In this document: piece after piece, positions 39,559-52,786 of the stretch
How positions within the stretch are numbered: position 1 is the first letter of the stretch
Layout of the letters: every line of letters starts with the position of its first letter
NCBI RefSeq assembly: GCF_006345805.1
Contig: NC_043012.1
Span: 15,996,001 to 16,060,000 of the forward strand
DNA: 64,000 nt
Source: Octopus sinensis
Taxonomy: Eukaryota
Direction: 5' to 3'
The notes under the pieces: model-generated
Told to the model about the DNA's origin: nothing
What the model saw: only the letters and a program-made list of their open reading frames with translations
Database searches by the model: none
Made by a program: the position numbers and the translations under genes

Positions 39559-40964
39559 CTGCAAACTGATTTGTCATGCATCCCACTGCCGCAGAAGGAT
39601 TCAGTTGGTATCTCTTTTCATAGAATCTGTTTATGTCAGTTATGAAGTATCCATAATTTCTGACGATAAGTCTTATGTAGGGGATACGTCTTATGTAGGA
39701 CAGAGGAAGGGTAATTTATCCTGCAAACGATAAGTGCAGTCACATGTAACAACCACCAGACGACTAATTTAAGAAATGAAATATCTAAAATCATGAATAA
39801 CTGAGGCGCATCATAATGAACGATTACGATATGCCCATCAGCTCCGATGGAAGGCCTGAGAGATAACGCCAGACCCAAGAGATGAAACCTTACAGGGCCG
39901 TATCAGCAGGAAACGTAATAAAAAACGTTAGAAGGTCTGAGTTATCTTGAAATAACAATATTTTAACAAATTTCTCTAAGGTGAGGGGTGTATTTAGTGT
40001 GACGTAAACAATAGAAATCCCTGATAAAACTATCTTTAGGAAACTGAAAGTTCGAGAAACTCGGTGAGGTTGGTGTTTATTACTTTTCATCTGAATAAAC
40101 ATTAGTAGTAATTAGTATTCGATGCGATATACAAAAGCATAGTAAACAAAAACGTTCTAGATGACGAATGATGTAGGTCTGACTTCAATCAAGAATTCTC
40201 CACAAGCTCAGTGATATGATTGTTCATGGGATATGATTGTTCCACATCGTATGGATGTATAATTTGGAACGATGTTGACTTTGACCCGCACCCGTTTTGC
40301 TCAGTTTGTGGATCAGGAGTGAATGGAATTGGCAGAGCTCCAGTCTGTTAGCTATTTTCAAGGAAAGGTTCAGGCTGCACTTCTTTCTCTGTTATAAAAC
40401 ATAAGCAGGTTGCGTTGCCTTGAATAGACTGATAAAATATGGGAACCGAGATGGTCATGTAATAATGAAATCTGGATATGAAACTGCCCCAAGTTAAAGA
40501 AATGTGAGAAAAGTAACCAAAATGTTAGATTTTCGATTAACTTTCTTATTAAATCATAATAACTGCGTGAGACAAGAATGTATCACATGTTCACATGAGT
40601 CAAACACATACAACAGAGATTAAAGAGTGAAGAAACAGTGTTTCTATTTGATGTAATATATTTTTCTGTCTTCTTTGAAACATGAATATTTAAAATATAT
40701 CTCAACCAGACTAATTGCTTTCCATTCTAATATTGTATAATTTAATATCATCTTTTTTATTATTTGAACTGGTGGACAATATTTCTTATAGACAGTCAGA
40801 AAAATTAACAATAAATTTACAGAAGAAATTTTATAAAGGCAAACACAAAGACATTTGAAAATATACACATACACACAAATACAAAAATGCAAAGAAGTTT
40901 GAAGATTACGCATACATTGAAATCTAGTGTGTCAGTAATGTATAAAAAATGTATGATTATATAC

Positions 40965-41033
<69 letters not shown>

Positions 41034-41431
41034 ATATAATATATATATATACATATATATATATAACTGGAGAATAGTGTTTAGTATTTAATATAATCAT
41101 TATAATAGGAAATATTTTTTCAGTGAAGAAAAACATGTTAGTACTTGTATTTGAGATTAATGACATATAATAAGATGTTTATTGATTTTTTTAGAAGTCT
41201 ATATATTTGAAAAGAAAAGTTAATCTGCCATGAACCTCTATTATTCCTTATTTCTAATTATAGAATATGCAAACGTCATTCGTGAAAATCTCATCAAATT
41301 ACAAAACTAATGCATTGATGCGAAAAAACACAAATGCTTTATCAAAACAACAAATATTTCATCTTTAAGGCCCAGGGTTTCAGGTAGTTATAAAGTTTAT
41401 TTCATTTAATGTTTCTTTATATCACATTTGT

Positions 41432-41661
41432 TATTTCTTTATTGCCCACAAGGGGCTAAACATAGAGAGGACAAACAAGGACAGACAAACGGATTAAGTC
41501 GATTATATCGACTGAAGTGCGCAACTGGTACTTATTTAATCGACACCGAAAGGATGAAGGACAAAGTTGACCTCGGCGGAATTTGAACTCAGAACGTAAC
41601 GGTAGACGAAATTCCGCTAAGCATTTCACCCGGCGTGCTAATGTTTCTGCCAGCTCGCCGC
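41432..41661 (-). mobile_element. SINE family B with 17-bp TSD
   Basis: Head ggcggcgagctggcagaaacattagcacgccgggtgaaatgcttagc on the minus strand; TSD CTTTATATCACATTTGT at 41415-41431 and 41662-41678. Confidence 0.85.
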
Positions 41662-41684
41662 CTTTATATCACATTTGTGAAGAC

Positions 41685-41815
41685 ACTTGGCTTACTGATA
41701 AGAGCATTCGGCTCACGGCCGTAAGGTTGCGAGTATGATTCCCGGGTTCACGTTGTATCCTCAGCAAGACACTTTATTTCACGTTGCTCCAGTTCACCCA
41801 GCTGACCAAAATTAT
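41685..41815 (+). mobile_element. Degenerate tRNA-derived SINE (another family)
   Basis: tRNA-like head followed by cagcaagacactttatttcacgttgctccagttcacccagctg. Confidence 0.55.
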
Positions 41816-44062
41816 TATTGCCTGTATTATACGTGTCTGTGGCGTGCTCAACCACTTGTACGTTAATTTCACGATCAGGCTGTTTCATTGATCGGATCGA
41901 TTGGAACACACGATGTCGTAATCGACGGAATGCCAGTCATACCCCATATGTACAAGTACATGCATCCACTCGCGCTGACGAACACATGCGCATACACACA
42001 CATACATGTGCACACACATAATATATTACGTGTTAAGACGCGTGTATGTGCATAATATAATGTTCTTTACATTAAATCTAAATTTTTAGTCGCCATATTC
42101 GCATATAAATACAACTACAAGGCACTTGTAAACACTGGTCCCCTTTGAGACAATCTCCTCGTGGCGATAAAAAAAGGGAGATTGGTGTAATCAGTTTTAA
42201 TCCCATTTGGATTACATTTAAGACTTGAAAACCCATTTGTAACTGTCCATAATGATATTGCATGTATAGCCTCCGGAATTCAGATTGTCATGAAATCGGA
42301 GATTCGTATTTGCATTATTTATGTGCTGCTGAAAGCTAGTTCAAATCCTAAATTATTGACTCATTAATCAGTGTGTGTTTTGATGCTATAATATACTTTA
42401 GAGTAAATATTATCTTGTAAGCGACACTATGTGTATATATTATTTAGTGTAAATACGTCAGACAATTCACAACCATTACTATTCTTATACATTTCCGTTG
42501 TGAATAGAAAAAATATAAATCTATATCAGACTGAGTAATGAATCTTTATATTACGAATGTCCCGATTGTGTTCATTAGAATACTTTCAATAAAATACACT
42601 TCGTTACGTTAAAACCCAACCACAAAGGCAAGAAGTATTTATTTAATATCGAACTGACTTGCTGTGTTTAATTCTATTCGTCTAGCACGAAAAAGTTTCT
42701 CCTTGACAGACTACAGGGAATGGCTTTCTTCAATGTTTAATCCTTTCTTAACTTAACGAAAATTTAGCCATTTATACTATGCAAAACTTTTAGTCTTCAG
42801 TCTATTATTTTAAGAGAGACCTCTCTGCTCAACACTAGAATTATTCTCACACTTACCAATGGATATATAAACAAGCATTCACAAACCTCACCTAATTTCT
42901 AGCCGTATTGATATTAAATTATCAAAGACCATTCTTCTTTCTCAATAGAGAATTGTCTTAGAAAAAGAGAGGGTAATGTCTTGCAGTAATTTTGATACTA
43001 GTTCCATTGCCTTCGATTTTGGTAGCAATTAAAATCAAATACATTGAAGACTGCGGATAAAACTTCACGGAAAATTTAACGAAATTTTTGCAAGCACAGT
43101 AAAAAATTTATAACGAAAGCCGAACTACGCATAAAATACATTACTGGGAACGAATTTCCTCTATCTATACAAACTGCTATTAAAAGCCTTTTTCAAACAT
43201 AAGGTATTATATTACAATTAATCATAAAATAGTATTAACGATATATTACAAAATAAAACAGAAGCTAAAACTCACCTTATCAGCAATAAACCACAAAATT
43301 GCATACTTAAATTTAATTAATAAGTTTGATAATTAATAAATTTCATTAGTAAACTTTAGTTGAATAACCTTGGGTTAATTTAATTTTGCACATTCATTTG
43401 AGTTTACGAAAATTGCATAACACTTTCAATTACTAAACAACCACGCTGGATGATTATGCCTACCGTAGCTGCTCATACGACAGAAAACATCCAGGGAATA
43501 ATAAAGCAAGCATCAGTTAACATTTTCAATAGATTACCTTCAACACTGAGAAATTAGTCAACGCAAGGTTCCAGGTAAACGAACCGGATAACTCAGCTGT
43601 ATAATGCTTGGCTGCTTGACAGAGTACTATGGCCAAGCTCCTAAAATATTTTGTCCAATAATATCTAATACGAAATGACAAAACAACAGCATTCTGGTGA
43701 TTTTTCCGCCTAAAATAAGGAAAATGGCAACTAATTCTTTCCATGTGGAAGATGAAAACGGCAGTTTTGATATACAGTCAGATTCGTGAATTGTATTATT
43801 TTCAAATATGATATGCACTTCTAGTAAGGAAGTACTATCTTTCATAAAATTATTAAAATGAATTTATTTTCATCGATTCGTAACCGAGCAGTCTCAGCTT
43901 CGATTCCATTGCGTCGCAAGTGAGCAACGTCTTTTGAGCAAAATTGGATAGACGGAGGTCATATAGAAGACCATCAAGGGAAACGTGCCTATAACTCACA
44001 TGATACGGTGTTGCCTCACGCTATTTCATACTGATTTAATACAAAGATCTCCGTTAAGGGTA

Positions 44063-44119
<57 letters not shown>

Positions 44120-44512
44120 AGTATGTGTATGTATGTGTGAGTGTTTATATATGTATGTATTCATATATATATATACAAGTTGCGTAAGGTATTTGAGAAT
44201 ATAACATTTTGGCGTCATTGCCTTCATTTTTTTGCTAACTCTGTATAATGTTTGTTTCAGAAGATAGTAATGGCTGACCCTCAGCTTACTCAAGAAATGA
44301 AAAGGTTTGGTGTTATTGTGGTTTTAAAGGTTGAGCATAGCGATTTAGGAATATCTAAATTTTTAAAAGTTACCTGATCTTTCGTTTAAAATGTTTGTAA
44401 GGAGCTAGGCACTGAAGATGAAAACGTATCACCAGTATGAAAGCATAAAAGCATTCTAAAAGCTCTGAATTCATCAGAACACCTGAATTCATCCAAGTTC
44501 AATATGTATGTA

Positions 44513-45030
44513 CTGGGATGTCCGCAAAGTTCGTGCCGATTTATAGTAGCTCACCTTTCGACTTATTTTAGAACATGGTTGAGTTCATGAAATAGGATTT
44601 GACGATACCCCCATTTAGAACACAGCTTAAGCTATCTTTTCGTAGGAGAAGATTTATGTTCCTATAACATGTGTTAATTCTGTAACCCTTTAAAATGGAA
44701 GATAAGAAAGTTCATTTTCGGCACTTGATGTTTAGGAACCAGACAAAAATTGTTGCAGCTCGGCTGGGATGTGTTACCCCACCCTCCATATTCACCAGAT
44801 ATTCCTCTTTTCGATTTCCACTTATTCAGGTCTCTGCAGAATAGTCTTAATGGTAAAAATTTCAATTCCTTGGATGACGTAAAAAGATACCTTGATGAAT
44901 TCTTTGCCATGAAACCACCTCAATTCTGGGAAGAAGGTATTTTCAAGTTAAAGGAAAGATGGAGACGCATTGTGCAACAAAATGGTTCATATTTGAATGA
45001 TTAAAAATGTAATGGCAAATATTTATTGGC
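44513..45030 (+). mobile_element. Internally deleted mariner (DD34D-type)
   Basis: TA|CTGGGATGTCCGCAAAGTTCGTG end; MEDKKVHFRHLM joined near 44733 to QKLLQLGWDVLPHPPYSPDIPLFDFHLFRSLQNSL...IFKLKERWRRIVQQNGSY. Confidence 0.9.
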
Positions 45031-45964
45031 CTTTTTATTTCCTTTTTACATAAGTTTAGCTGATATGGGATTATTTAACTTATCGTTTAGACTCTAACTT
45101 CTGCTCGTGGCTCAATATAAGCTACGTACTCCTTCTCAGCTGACATAAAATTTCATTATGATTTTATGATTGAATGGTTTCAACATGACCAGCTCAGTAT
45201 TATACTTAGGAGAAACCTTATGAACTTTCTATTATTTATTATAGGGTCCATTTTTAAGGTTTAACTTTATTTATTTATCGTTTTTCCTCTTTATGACTCT
45301 AAAGTCCCTTTCTAAATTTTAAACTTTATTTTGATTTTCATTGTTGTGATACACTTTGTTACCCTCAGTTTTAACTACTCCCCTTAAGGTTTTTGGCCTC
45401 TTTTTGTTTTCATCCTTATGCCCCTTTTATATGATAATCTAAATATATTTGACTGCCCCTTCTTTTCTCACTTTAGTTATCACTTCCTCCTCCGGGGAGA
45501 ATATACATTTATTTAATTTATCACCACTAGCAGGAACTTAACTATCAACTCCCATATGGCTTAATTCATAAGAATTCGAGACAGTATGCCGTGAATAATC
45601 GTGGAAATGTAATAATGAAGAATATAAATTTAACTATCTCTCTATTCCTCATTCCTGACTCCCATTATTCCATAATGCTAATCTAAATCATAATAGGCTG
45701 TAGTATTTACTGAATGCATTCTGCCACAGAAATAGCAGGGAAAAACAATGTAATTATTTTGGTTGCTAGTACCGATGTAAATTGCTTTAAAAATAGTTTA
45801 TTCTTTATGTTGGAAATTCATATGGTTGGATGCTTTCAAATTACTGTAATGGCTCCATTGCTCGATAAAATGGAGCCCCTTGAAACGGGCGTAACGCACT
45901 GATACATGGACATCCTTCTTACTTATTTGATATATATGTATACATATATATATGCATACATACA

Positions 45965-45998
<34 letters not shown>

Positions 45999-46189
45999 CA
46001 TACATACATACATGCATACATACACGTGCATATGGTATATTTCTTCGGAAGGAAAATTTATAGCATAACATTTATAGTTATAAACTCATGAATTTAAATA
46101 ATGAAATAGAATATGTACAAAGTTGGTTAAGCGTTCAGGAATTAACATATTTACAAAAACCCCGAAAGTGGTTATGAGTTCATATTCAG

Positions 46190-46490
46190 GCGCTGTTTGT
46201 ATTTTTTATAAATATATACTCTTTAATTGTTATGGTATAGAGAGTGTTTCCTTGAATTGGCAGATGGTGAAAACTGTGAAGTTTGGTTGGAGTTCATTGT
46301 TTGCTCAATGGTATATGTCTGTACTTTGGAAAAATTCTGTCCCTTATGCAGTGTAGTTCTCCGTCTAAATGACACTGTTGTTTGGCCTATATAATTGTGT
46401 CGACATCCTGAAGAAGTTATCACATAAAATAAATTTTCGGGTGCACAAGTGAAATTAGTCTTAATTGTGAATCTCAGTTCTTGTTTGAAG
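46190..46490 (-). mobile_element. Penelope-like GIY-YIG endonuclease remnant
   Basis: TIKTNFTCAPENLFYVITSSGCRHNYIGQTTVSFRRRTTLHK...FPKYRHIPLSKQ...NFTVF...KEYIFIK. Confidence 0.75.
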
Positions 46491-47177
46491 AACCGCACGT
46501 ACACACACATATACACACGCACACATACGCACACATACATACGCACGCATACACAAAAACCTACGTACATATGCACACATATACACACGGACATATATCT
46601 CACACACGCACATACAGACGGATTACACGCACATACAGACGGATTACACGCACACACACAACCTCACACACAACCCCACGCACACACACGCACATACACA
46701 CATGCGCATGCACAAACACATACACACTCACACAACATATACATACACGCATACACATACAAACGCGCCCACACACTTCAAACTGATAATCAAGCACATT
46801 TCTACTGATCATTCCTCTATGCACATGTGAAGAGAGCCACAACTGCATAAAAGACCACCAATCCTGTTACCATGCTGCTGAATTCTTTCTACAACATTAA
46901 GAGACACATAGTTCACCAACACATACACATATAAACAGCTAACACAATAAAAACACCATACACACAACACATGCTATTACATACACATACACACACACTT
47001 GTGCGCAGGCACAACCCACGCATACACACAGATACGTCCTCCTCTTACACTCTCCTCTCTTAGAAAGAAGGTTTTCTCTATCCATTTCCTTCCAGTCATT
47101 TGAAAATGTAACCACATGTGGTTCGTTGGCGAATTTTTTCTTCGTCTTCCTTTTCTCTTGGACTTTCCACCGGCTCC

Positions 47178-47213
47178 TGTTTCTGATGAAGAGCTTTGCT
47201 CGAAACGTAAACA
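47178..47213 (+). ncRNA. Minimal hammerhead motif (near-intact) in a ~230-bp (TA)n-ending repeat (~47100-47326)
   Basis: UGUUU CUGAUGA A GAGC-UUU-GCUC GAAA CGUA AACA; stem III ACGU; stem I is out of register by 1 nt. Confidence 0.6.
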
Positions 47214-47326
47214 ACATTTCTTTCCTTCCCTGAGCGTTTGCTAATACTTTCCATATACCACATGCTCGCGTTGTTGTTCTTTTCCTTTTTTGTTTGTTGT
47301 TCGTTGTTTGGTGGGGATTTACTATG

Positions 47327-47367
<41 letters not shown>

Positions 47368-47527
47368 ATATACATACACATATACATATATATGTATATG
47401 GATGTATATACACACATAAATTTAAATAATAACGGTAAAAAATGAATATTAATTTGATTAATATCAATTTAAACCCGTGGCCTAGCATATTGAAAAATCT
47501 GAAGATTCATCAAAATTATATTACATA

Positions 47528-47891
47528 CATATAAGAGGGATGACCACTAAGTGGACATCCAATATGCTAGATGTAGACTCCATATGGTGTGAACACTAAG
47601 AAAAAATTATTCTCAAGAAAATTCAGCAAACGCCAGAACATAAGCGAGCAAGACGAATGAAAAGATACAAAATATAATGATTAATGACATATCAGATTTC
47701 ATTGTTACCACGTACATATTTACATACGTAAATGTCCGCAATTCATCAGTCTTTTCATTCGTCTTGAACGATTATATTCTGGCGTGCGTTTGCTGAATTT
47801 TCTTGAAAACAATCTCTTCTTAGTAGTCAGACCATATGGGGTCTACATCTAGCATATTGGATGTCCACTTGGTGGTCATCCCACTTATATG
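47528..47891. repeat. ~138-bp inverted repeat with an 84-bp spacer
   Basis: 47528-47665 vs 47750-47891 (catataagagggatgaccactaagtggacatccaatatgctagatgtagac...). Confidence 0.9.
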
Positions 47892-48536
47892 TACGTGTTC
47901 TTTTATCTACAATCTTTTCAGAAATGGAAAACAGGAATCAGTCCAACTGATTTTCAATTCTGTTTGCGATCTCTTTAAGACCCGAAAACGTTGAAGTTAT
48001 AGTCTCTAGAATTAAGACCGTCGTTACTATTTAGATTGATTTGCATTATCAAATCTTTCCTGGCAGGTAGGTCAATTAATTAATTTTGAGGCGTTCAACT
48101 AATTGTGTTTTGCGGTTATAATTTACGTTAGATTAACATTAGCTCTAACATTTTACCTGTTACTGCATATGTAATTAATTAAATACAATATATTGGAAAA
48201 TTCTAAGACGTGTTTCTATTCATACAATCGCTTCGTAGATGCAAAATGGGATTAATTTCAGTTTACAATTAATTACTGGGACTACGAAGCCGTATTTAGC
48301 CATTTACAGGAACGTCATTCTAAGACTATATAACGATTCCGTTTTGCATACACACATACAAGCGCGCGTGTGTATGTATATATGAATGTATGTGTAGATA
48401 CAGATGAACGAGACATACAATATAAAGAGTATTCCAAATATATATATATATATATATACATTTGTATATATATATATATATAATATATATATATGCATTT
48501 GTAATATATATATATATATAATATATATATATATGC

Positions 48537-48588
<52 letters not shown>

Positions 48589-48979
48589 GCATATATACAC
48601 ACATTTCAGTTCCTGGACCGAGTTGTGTTCTTGAGCAAAACACTTCATTCAAGTTGATCTAATGTACAGCAGATACATTTGATAACTAGGAAGAAATCAT
48701 GAGTGCAGGTCGTTCGACAAATATCTAACCTCTGCTCCGTCGTCTTCGACAGTAGAGTCAAGCATGTACGTATATATATATATATATATATACGATCTTT
48801 AACATCGCCGCATAGCAATATTTCACAATATTTGACTCTTAATTATGAATTTGAACAAATATTATCTAACGACACGCCTTCTCGTATATAGTTACACCGC
48901 GATAAGATGTCTCATGTCATATATCTGGTGTGCTTCACATTGATCTTTCATGAACTATGCAATAGTTATCCACCAAATT

Positions 48980-49013
<34 letters not shown>

Positions 49014-49079
49014 CATATATATGTGTGTGTGTTTATATATATACATGAATATATATATGTATATATATGAATATATATG

Positions 49080-49168
<89 letters not shown>

Positions 49169-49993
49169 TATATATATATATATACATATTCATATACACA
49201 CACACATACGCAAACTGATAATATTCTGCTTTCTGTAAATTGTTTTGTGGACTTGCACGTAGTTTCCTTCAGCCGACTTTCACTAGTTTTCAATTCCGAG
49301 CTGAACATTATGAAGTGATACATGTCTTGTATGTAAAAGAATTCGATATTTTGGTGTGCATTTATAAAATCGATTCCCACTGATTAAGTTGTTGTCTAAT
49401 TTCACGAAAAAGCAGTTATCTGTTACAAACACTGCGCAGAATACAGACATTTATAATAGCATTTTAGCAATCGTATTTTTGAATACTCAATTTTATCAGT
49501 TCTTCTTTATTAAATGATTATAGTAAGATAGACGACGAGCATTAATCTCTATTTTACAATGTTGATCTCTGAAAAATTAAACAATAGTAATCACGGAAGA
49601 TAACACGATGTTATCTGAAGCTTGAAGCAATACGCTGATGATATGAAGTGCATTAGCTTGTAAATATAACTTAATATAACGTGATCGATTTGAAAATAAA
49701 ACGAAGACGATAAAACCACTTAGCCTTTCAATATAATTATGCACGCGTTAAATCGTTATGTTGAAGGAGATAAATGATTTTCCATTCGCCTGAAGCCAGT
49801 CTTACTCATAAAGTTTTTCTCTGTAGCTGTAGCCTATGTATATTAAAAGTAGTGTTTACTAAGTTTGCGATATATTCCATAAAAAGTTTGAAGTAAAATA
49901 TTCGGACTTTCAAACATCCTTGGCAGTCAGTAACTAGAAAAAGTTAACTGTGTAAGCTGAAAATGACAAAATACGTCAGCACATATTTCAGAG

Positions 49994-50306
49994 TGTGGAG
50001 GCACATGGCCTAGTGGTTAGAGCAGCGGACTCGCGGTCGAGGGATCGCGGGTTCGAATCTCAGACCGGACGATGTGTGTGTTTATGAGCGAAGCACCTAA
50101 GCTCCACGCGGCTCCGGCAGAAGGTAATGGCGAAACTTCTGCTGACCCTTCCGCCACAACTTTCTCTCACTATTTCCTACTGCATCTTGCAGCTCACCTG
50201 CGATGGACCGGCATCCCGTCCAGGTGGGGAACCTATACGCCAAGGAAACCGGGGAAACCGGCCCTTATGAGCCAGGCATGGCTTGAGAAGGAACAAACAA
50301 CAACAA
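49994..50306 (+). mobile_element. SINE family A with 13-bp TSD
   Basis: Matches 4911-5205; (CAA)n tail; TSD ACATATTTCAGAG at 49981-49993 and 50307-50319. Confidence 0.9.
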
Positions 50307-50744
50307 ACATATTTCAGAGAAACAGCACACTGTTGACATAGATGCTGCAGTTTTGTGAGAGAGAAAGTCTTTTTGAAGTTACGCTGTGTTAAAAAACAAT
50401 ATAAAAATGAGACCAGCACCAACTCAGGAGAACGCCAGACGGTTCCTTAATTCTTGTCAATGATGTGTAATCGTTAGTTGCATACCTACATAAAACCTCC
50501 CCACCACCGATACGTAGGAAACTGTGAATAGTACACCTCTGAACTGAATAACAGAGACCAGTATCTCATCGCGCTAAAGATCATGTGTATAAACGGTGAT
50601 GATTTATTTCAGAACTTTACTGTTTGAAGCAAAATTTAAAGGAAGACTTACGAAGAGTAGAAAACCATTTATAGATAATAAAACTAGAACACAAACATGT
50701 ATCAATAGTTCCGTATGCATTGAATGATGTTAATACCTTCACAG

Positions 50745-50936
50745 ATGTAAGGTGGTAAGCTGGCAGCATCATTAGCACGCCGGGAAAAATGCAGAGCGAC
50801 ATTTTATTTGTCATAAGATTCGGAGCTCAAATTCTGCTGAAGTTTATAAAATAATTGCCAGTTGAATACTGGATCGACATATAACCGGCGTACCCCGCCA
50901 CTAAATTTGCTAGAGCTATATCAAAATTTGAAACTC
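50745..50936 (+). mobile_element. SINE family B (degenerate)
   Basis: aaggtggtaagctggcagcatcattagcacgccggg...caaaatttgaaac. Confidence 0.65.
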
Positions 50937-50947
50937 ATACATACATA

Positions 50948-51402
50948 GGCGCAGGAATGGCTGTGTGGTAAATATAGGTGCAGGAGTGGCTGTGTGGTAA
51001 GTATCTTGCTTACCAACCACATAGTGTTGTTCAATCCCACTACGTATTCAGTTACGGGTTCAGTCCCACTGCGTGGCACCTTGGGCAACTGTCTTCTACT
51101 ATAGCCTCGGGCCGACCAAAGCCTTGTGAGAGGACTTGTTAGATGGAAACTGAAAGAAGCCCGTCGTATATGTTTATATATATATATGTTTGTATGTCTG
51201 CGTTTGTCACCCCGACATCGCTTGACAACCGATGCTGGTGTGTCTACGTCCCCGTAACTTAGCGGTTCGGCAAAAGAGTCCGTTAGAATAAATACTAGGC
51301 TTACAAAGAATAAGTCGTGGGGTCGATTCGTTTCGGTTAAAGGTGTTGCTCCAGCATGGCCGCAGTCAAATGACTGAAACAAATAAAAATAAGAAAAAAG
51401 AA
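50948..51402 (+). mobile_element. tRNA-derived SINE family C (octopus OK-like), duplicated head
   Basis: ggcgcaggaatggctgtgtggtaa occurs twice; gggttcagtcccactgcgtggcaccttgggcaa; ends gctccagcatggccgcagtcaaatgactgaaac. Family name is from memory. Confidence 0.75.
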
Positions 51403-52043
51403 TACATAATACATACATTCATACGTACATCCATACATACATATGTATATATGTACCGTTTATGTACTTACATACGCACACATATACAGTATATGTATCT
51501 TCTTTAAATAACCTATAATCAAAATAACATCGATCTAATACTGGTGTTTTCACACCACATAACTATTTCTAAAACGATATTTGATGTTCACTATGTTATA
51601 TACGTCAACGTTAAATATAAAGAATTTCGCTTGTTTGAAGCCAGCATTTTCTGTCATATTCTAAATATCTGATAATCTTAAGCTTCAATTTCCCTCCCGT
51701 ATTTTTTTTCTATTTTTTTAATGAGGTACTTTCAAATGTGTAATTTTTATATTCTTTCTGCTCGTAATGATGATTTTTCAGTAGTAATGATCTTTCATAT
51801 TAATCATACGGTTCAGTAATGCTGATATAATTGGTCAATGTTGTTAGCTGTTACTTTTTTATCCACAGATTAATCCAGCTCTATTGGCAGTGGTATCTAT
51901 GATTTTGAAGACAGGTGTGATTTAAGTGGGATTAAATAGCTATTTCTAGCGTTATACATTATTAATATTCTATTGGAGTAGCATTCAAACATGAATTAGT
52001 CTTTCGCATAATATTGCCAATATATTTATTGCTTATATACTCA

Positions 52044-52110
<67 letters not shown>

Positions 52111-52111
52111 T

Positions 52112-52786
52112 AATAAAAACGTTTACCTATTTCATCTCTGGACTATGCATAGTTTCGGCAAACTTTAGTAAACAAGCCAGTTGTAAATAAATTTAATTTA
52201 ATTTAATTAATTTGTTTACTAAAGTTTGCCGAAACTATGCATAGTCCAGAGATGAAAGGGGTAAACGTTTTTATTTCTCTTTCAATTTCAGAATTACAAC
52301 TATTAGCGGTTTGAGTTTGGCTGCTCTTTCTAGTGAGTCGAATGTCCTATTATGGCCATTCCTTATATTTTTGAATGTATATTATATAGTCTTTGACTAT
52401 CTTTTCTTTCTCGCTGGACCGCTGGTAGCGGAGAATTTTTTCTAGAATTTTTTGCTACCATTATATTTATTAATTAATGATTTTTTGGCTAATTTTGAAA
52501 TTAAATCAGCAGTTTATATTTGCTGCTGAGAAGACCGCGCGATTGCGGTAGATTTTGAAAATTTATAGCATATAGACTGGAGGCTTCCTTACCATCGCCT
52601 CGTGGATATATGTTCGTCCTTGGCTTCTCTGCTGACGAGGCACGCCAGTTGTAAATAAATTTAATTTAATTTAATTAATTTGTTTACTAAAGTTTGCCGA
52701 AACTATGCATAGTCCAGAGATGAAAGGGGTAAAAGTTTTTATTTCTCTTTCAATTTCAGAATTACAACTATTAGCGGTTTGAGTTT
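52112..52786 (+). mobile_element. Retrozyme-like / non-autonomous Penelope-type element
   Basis: (TA)n, inverted arm 52112-52175 (reverse complement of 52211-52275), direct repeats 52176-52318 and 52644-52786 (period 468); contains a hammerhead. Confidence 0.8.
52626..52720 (+). ncRNA. Type-I hammerhead ribozyme (intact core)
   Basis: UCUCUG CUGACGA GGCA-(52 nt)-UGCC GAAA CUAUGCAUAG UC / CAGAGA: perfect 6-bp stem I, 4-bp stem II, 12-nt palindromic stem III, GUC cut after 52714. Confidence 0.85.

Noticed and set aside
38440-40480. Candidate host exons (GQSCEIKC..., LGYNYDVLQGD..., KEVQPEPFLENS*) or a decayed mariner catalytic region at 38440-38700
   Set aside because: Short, no recognisable family, weak splice signals; cannot be supported without transcripts or a homology search.
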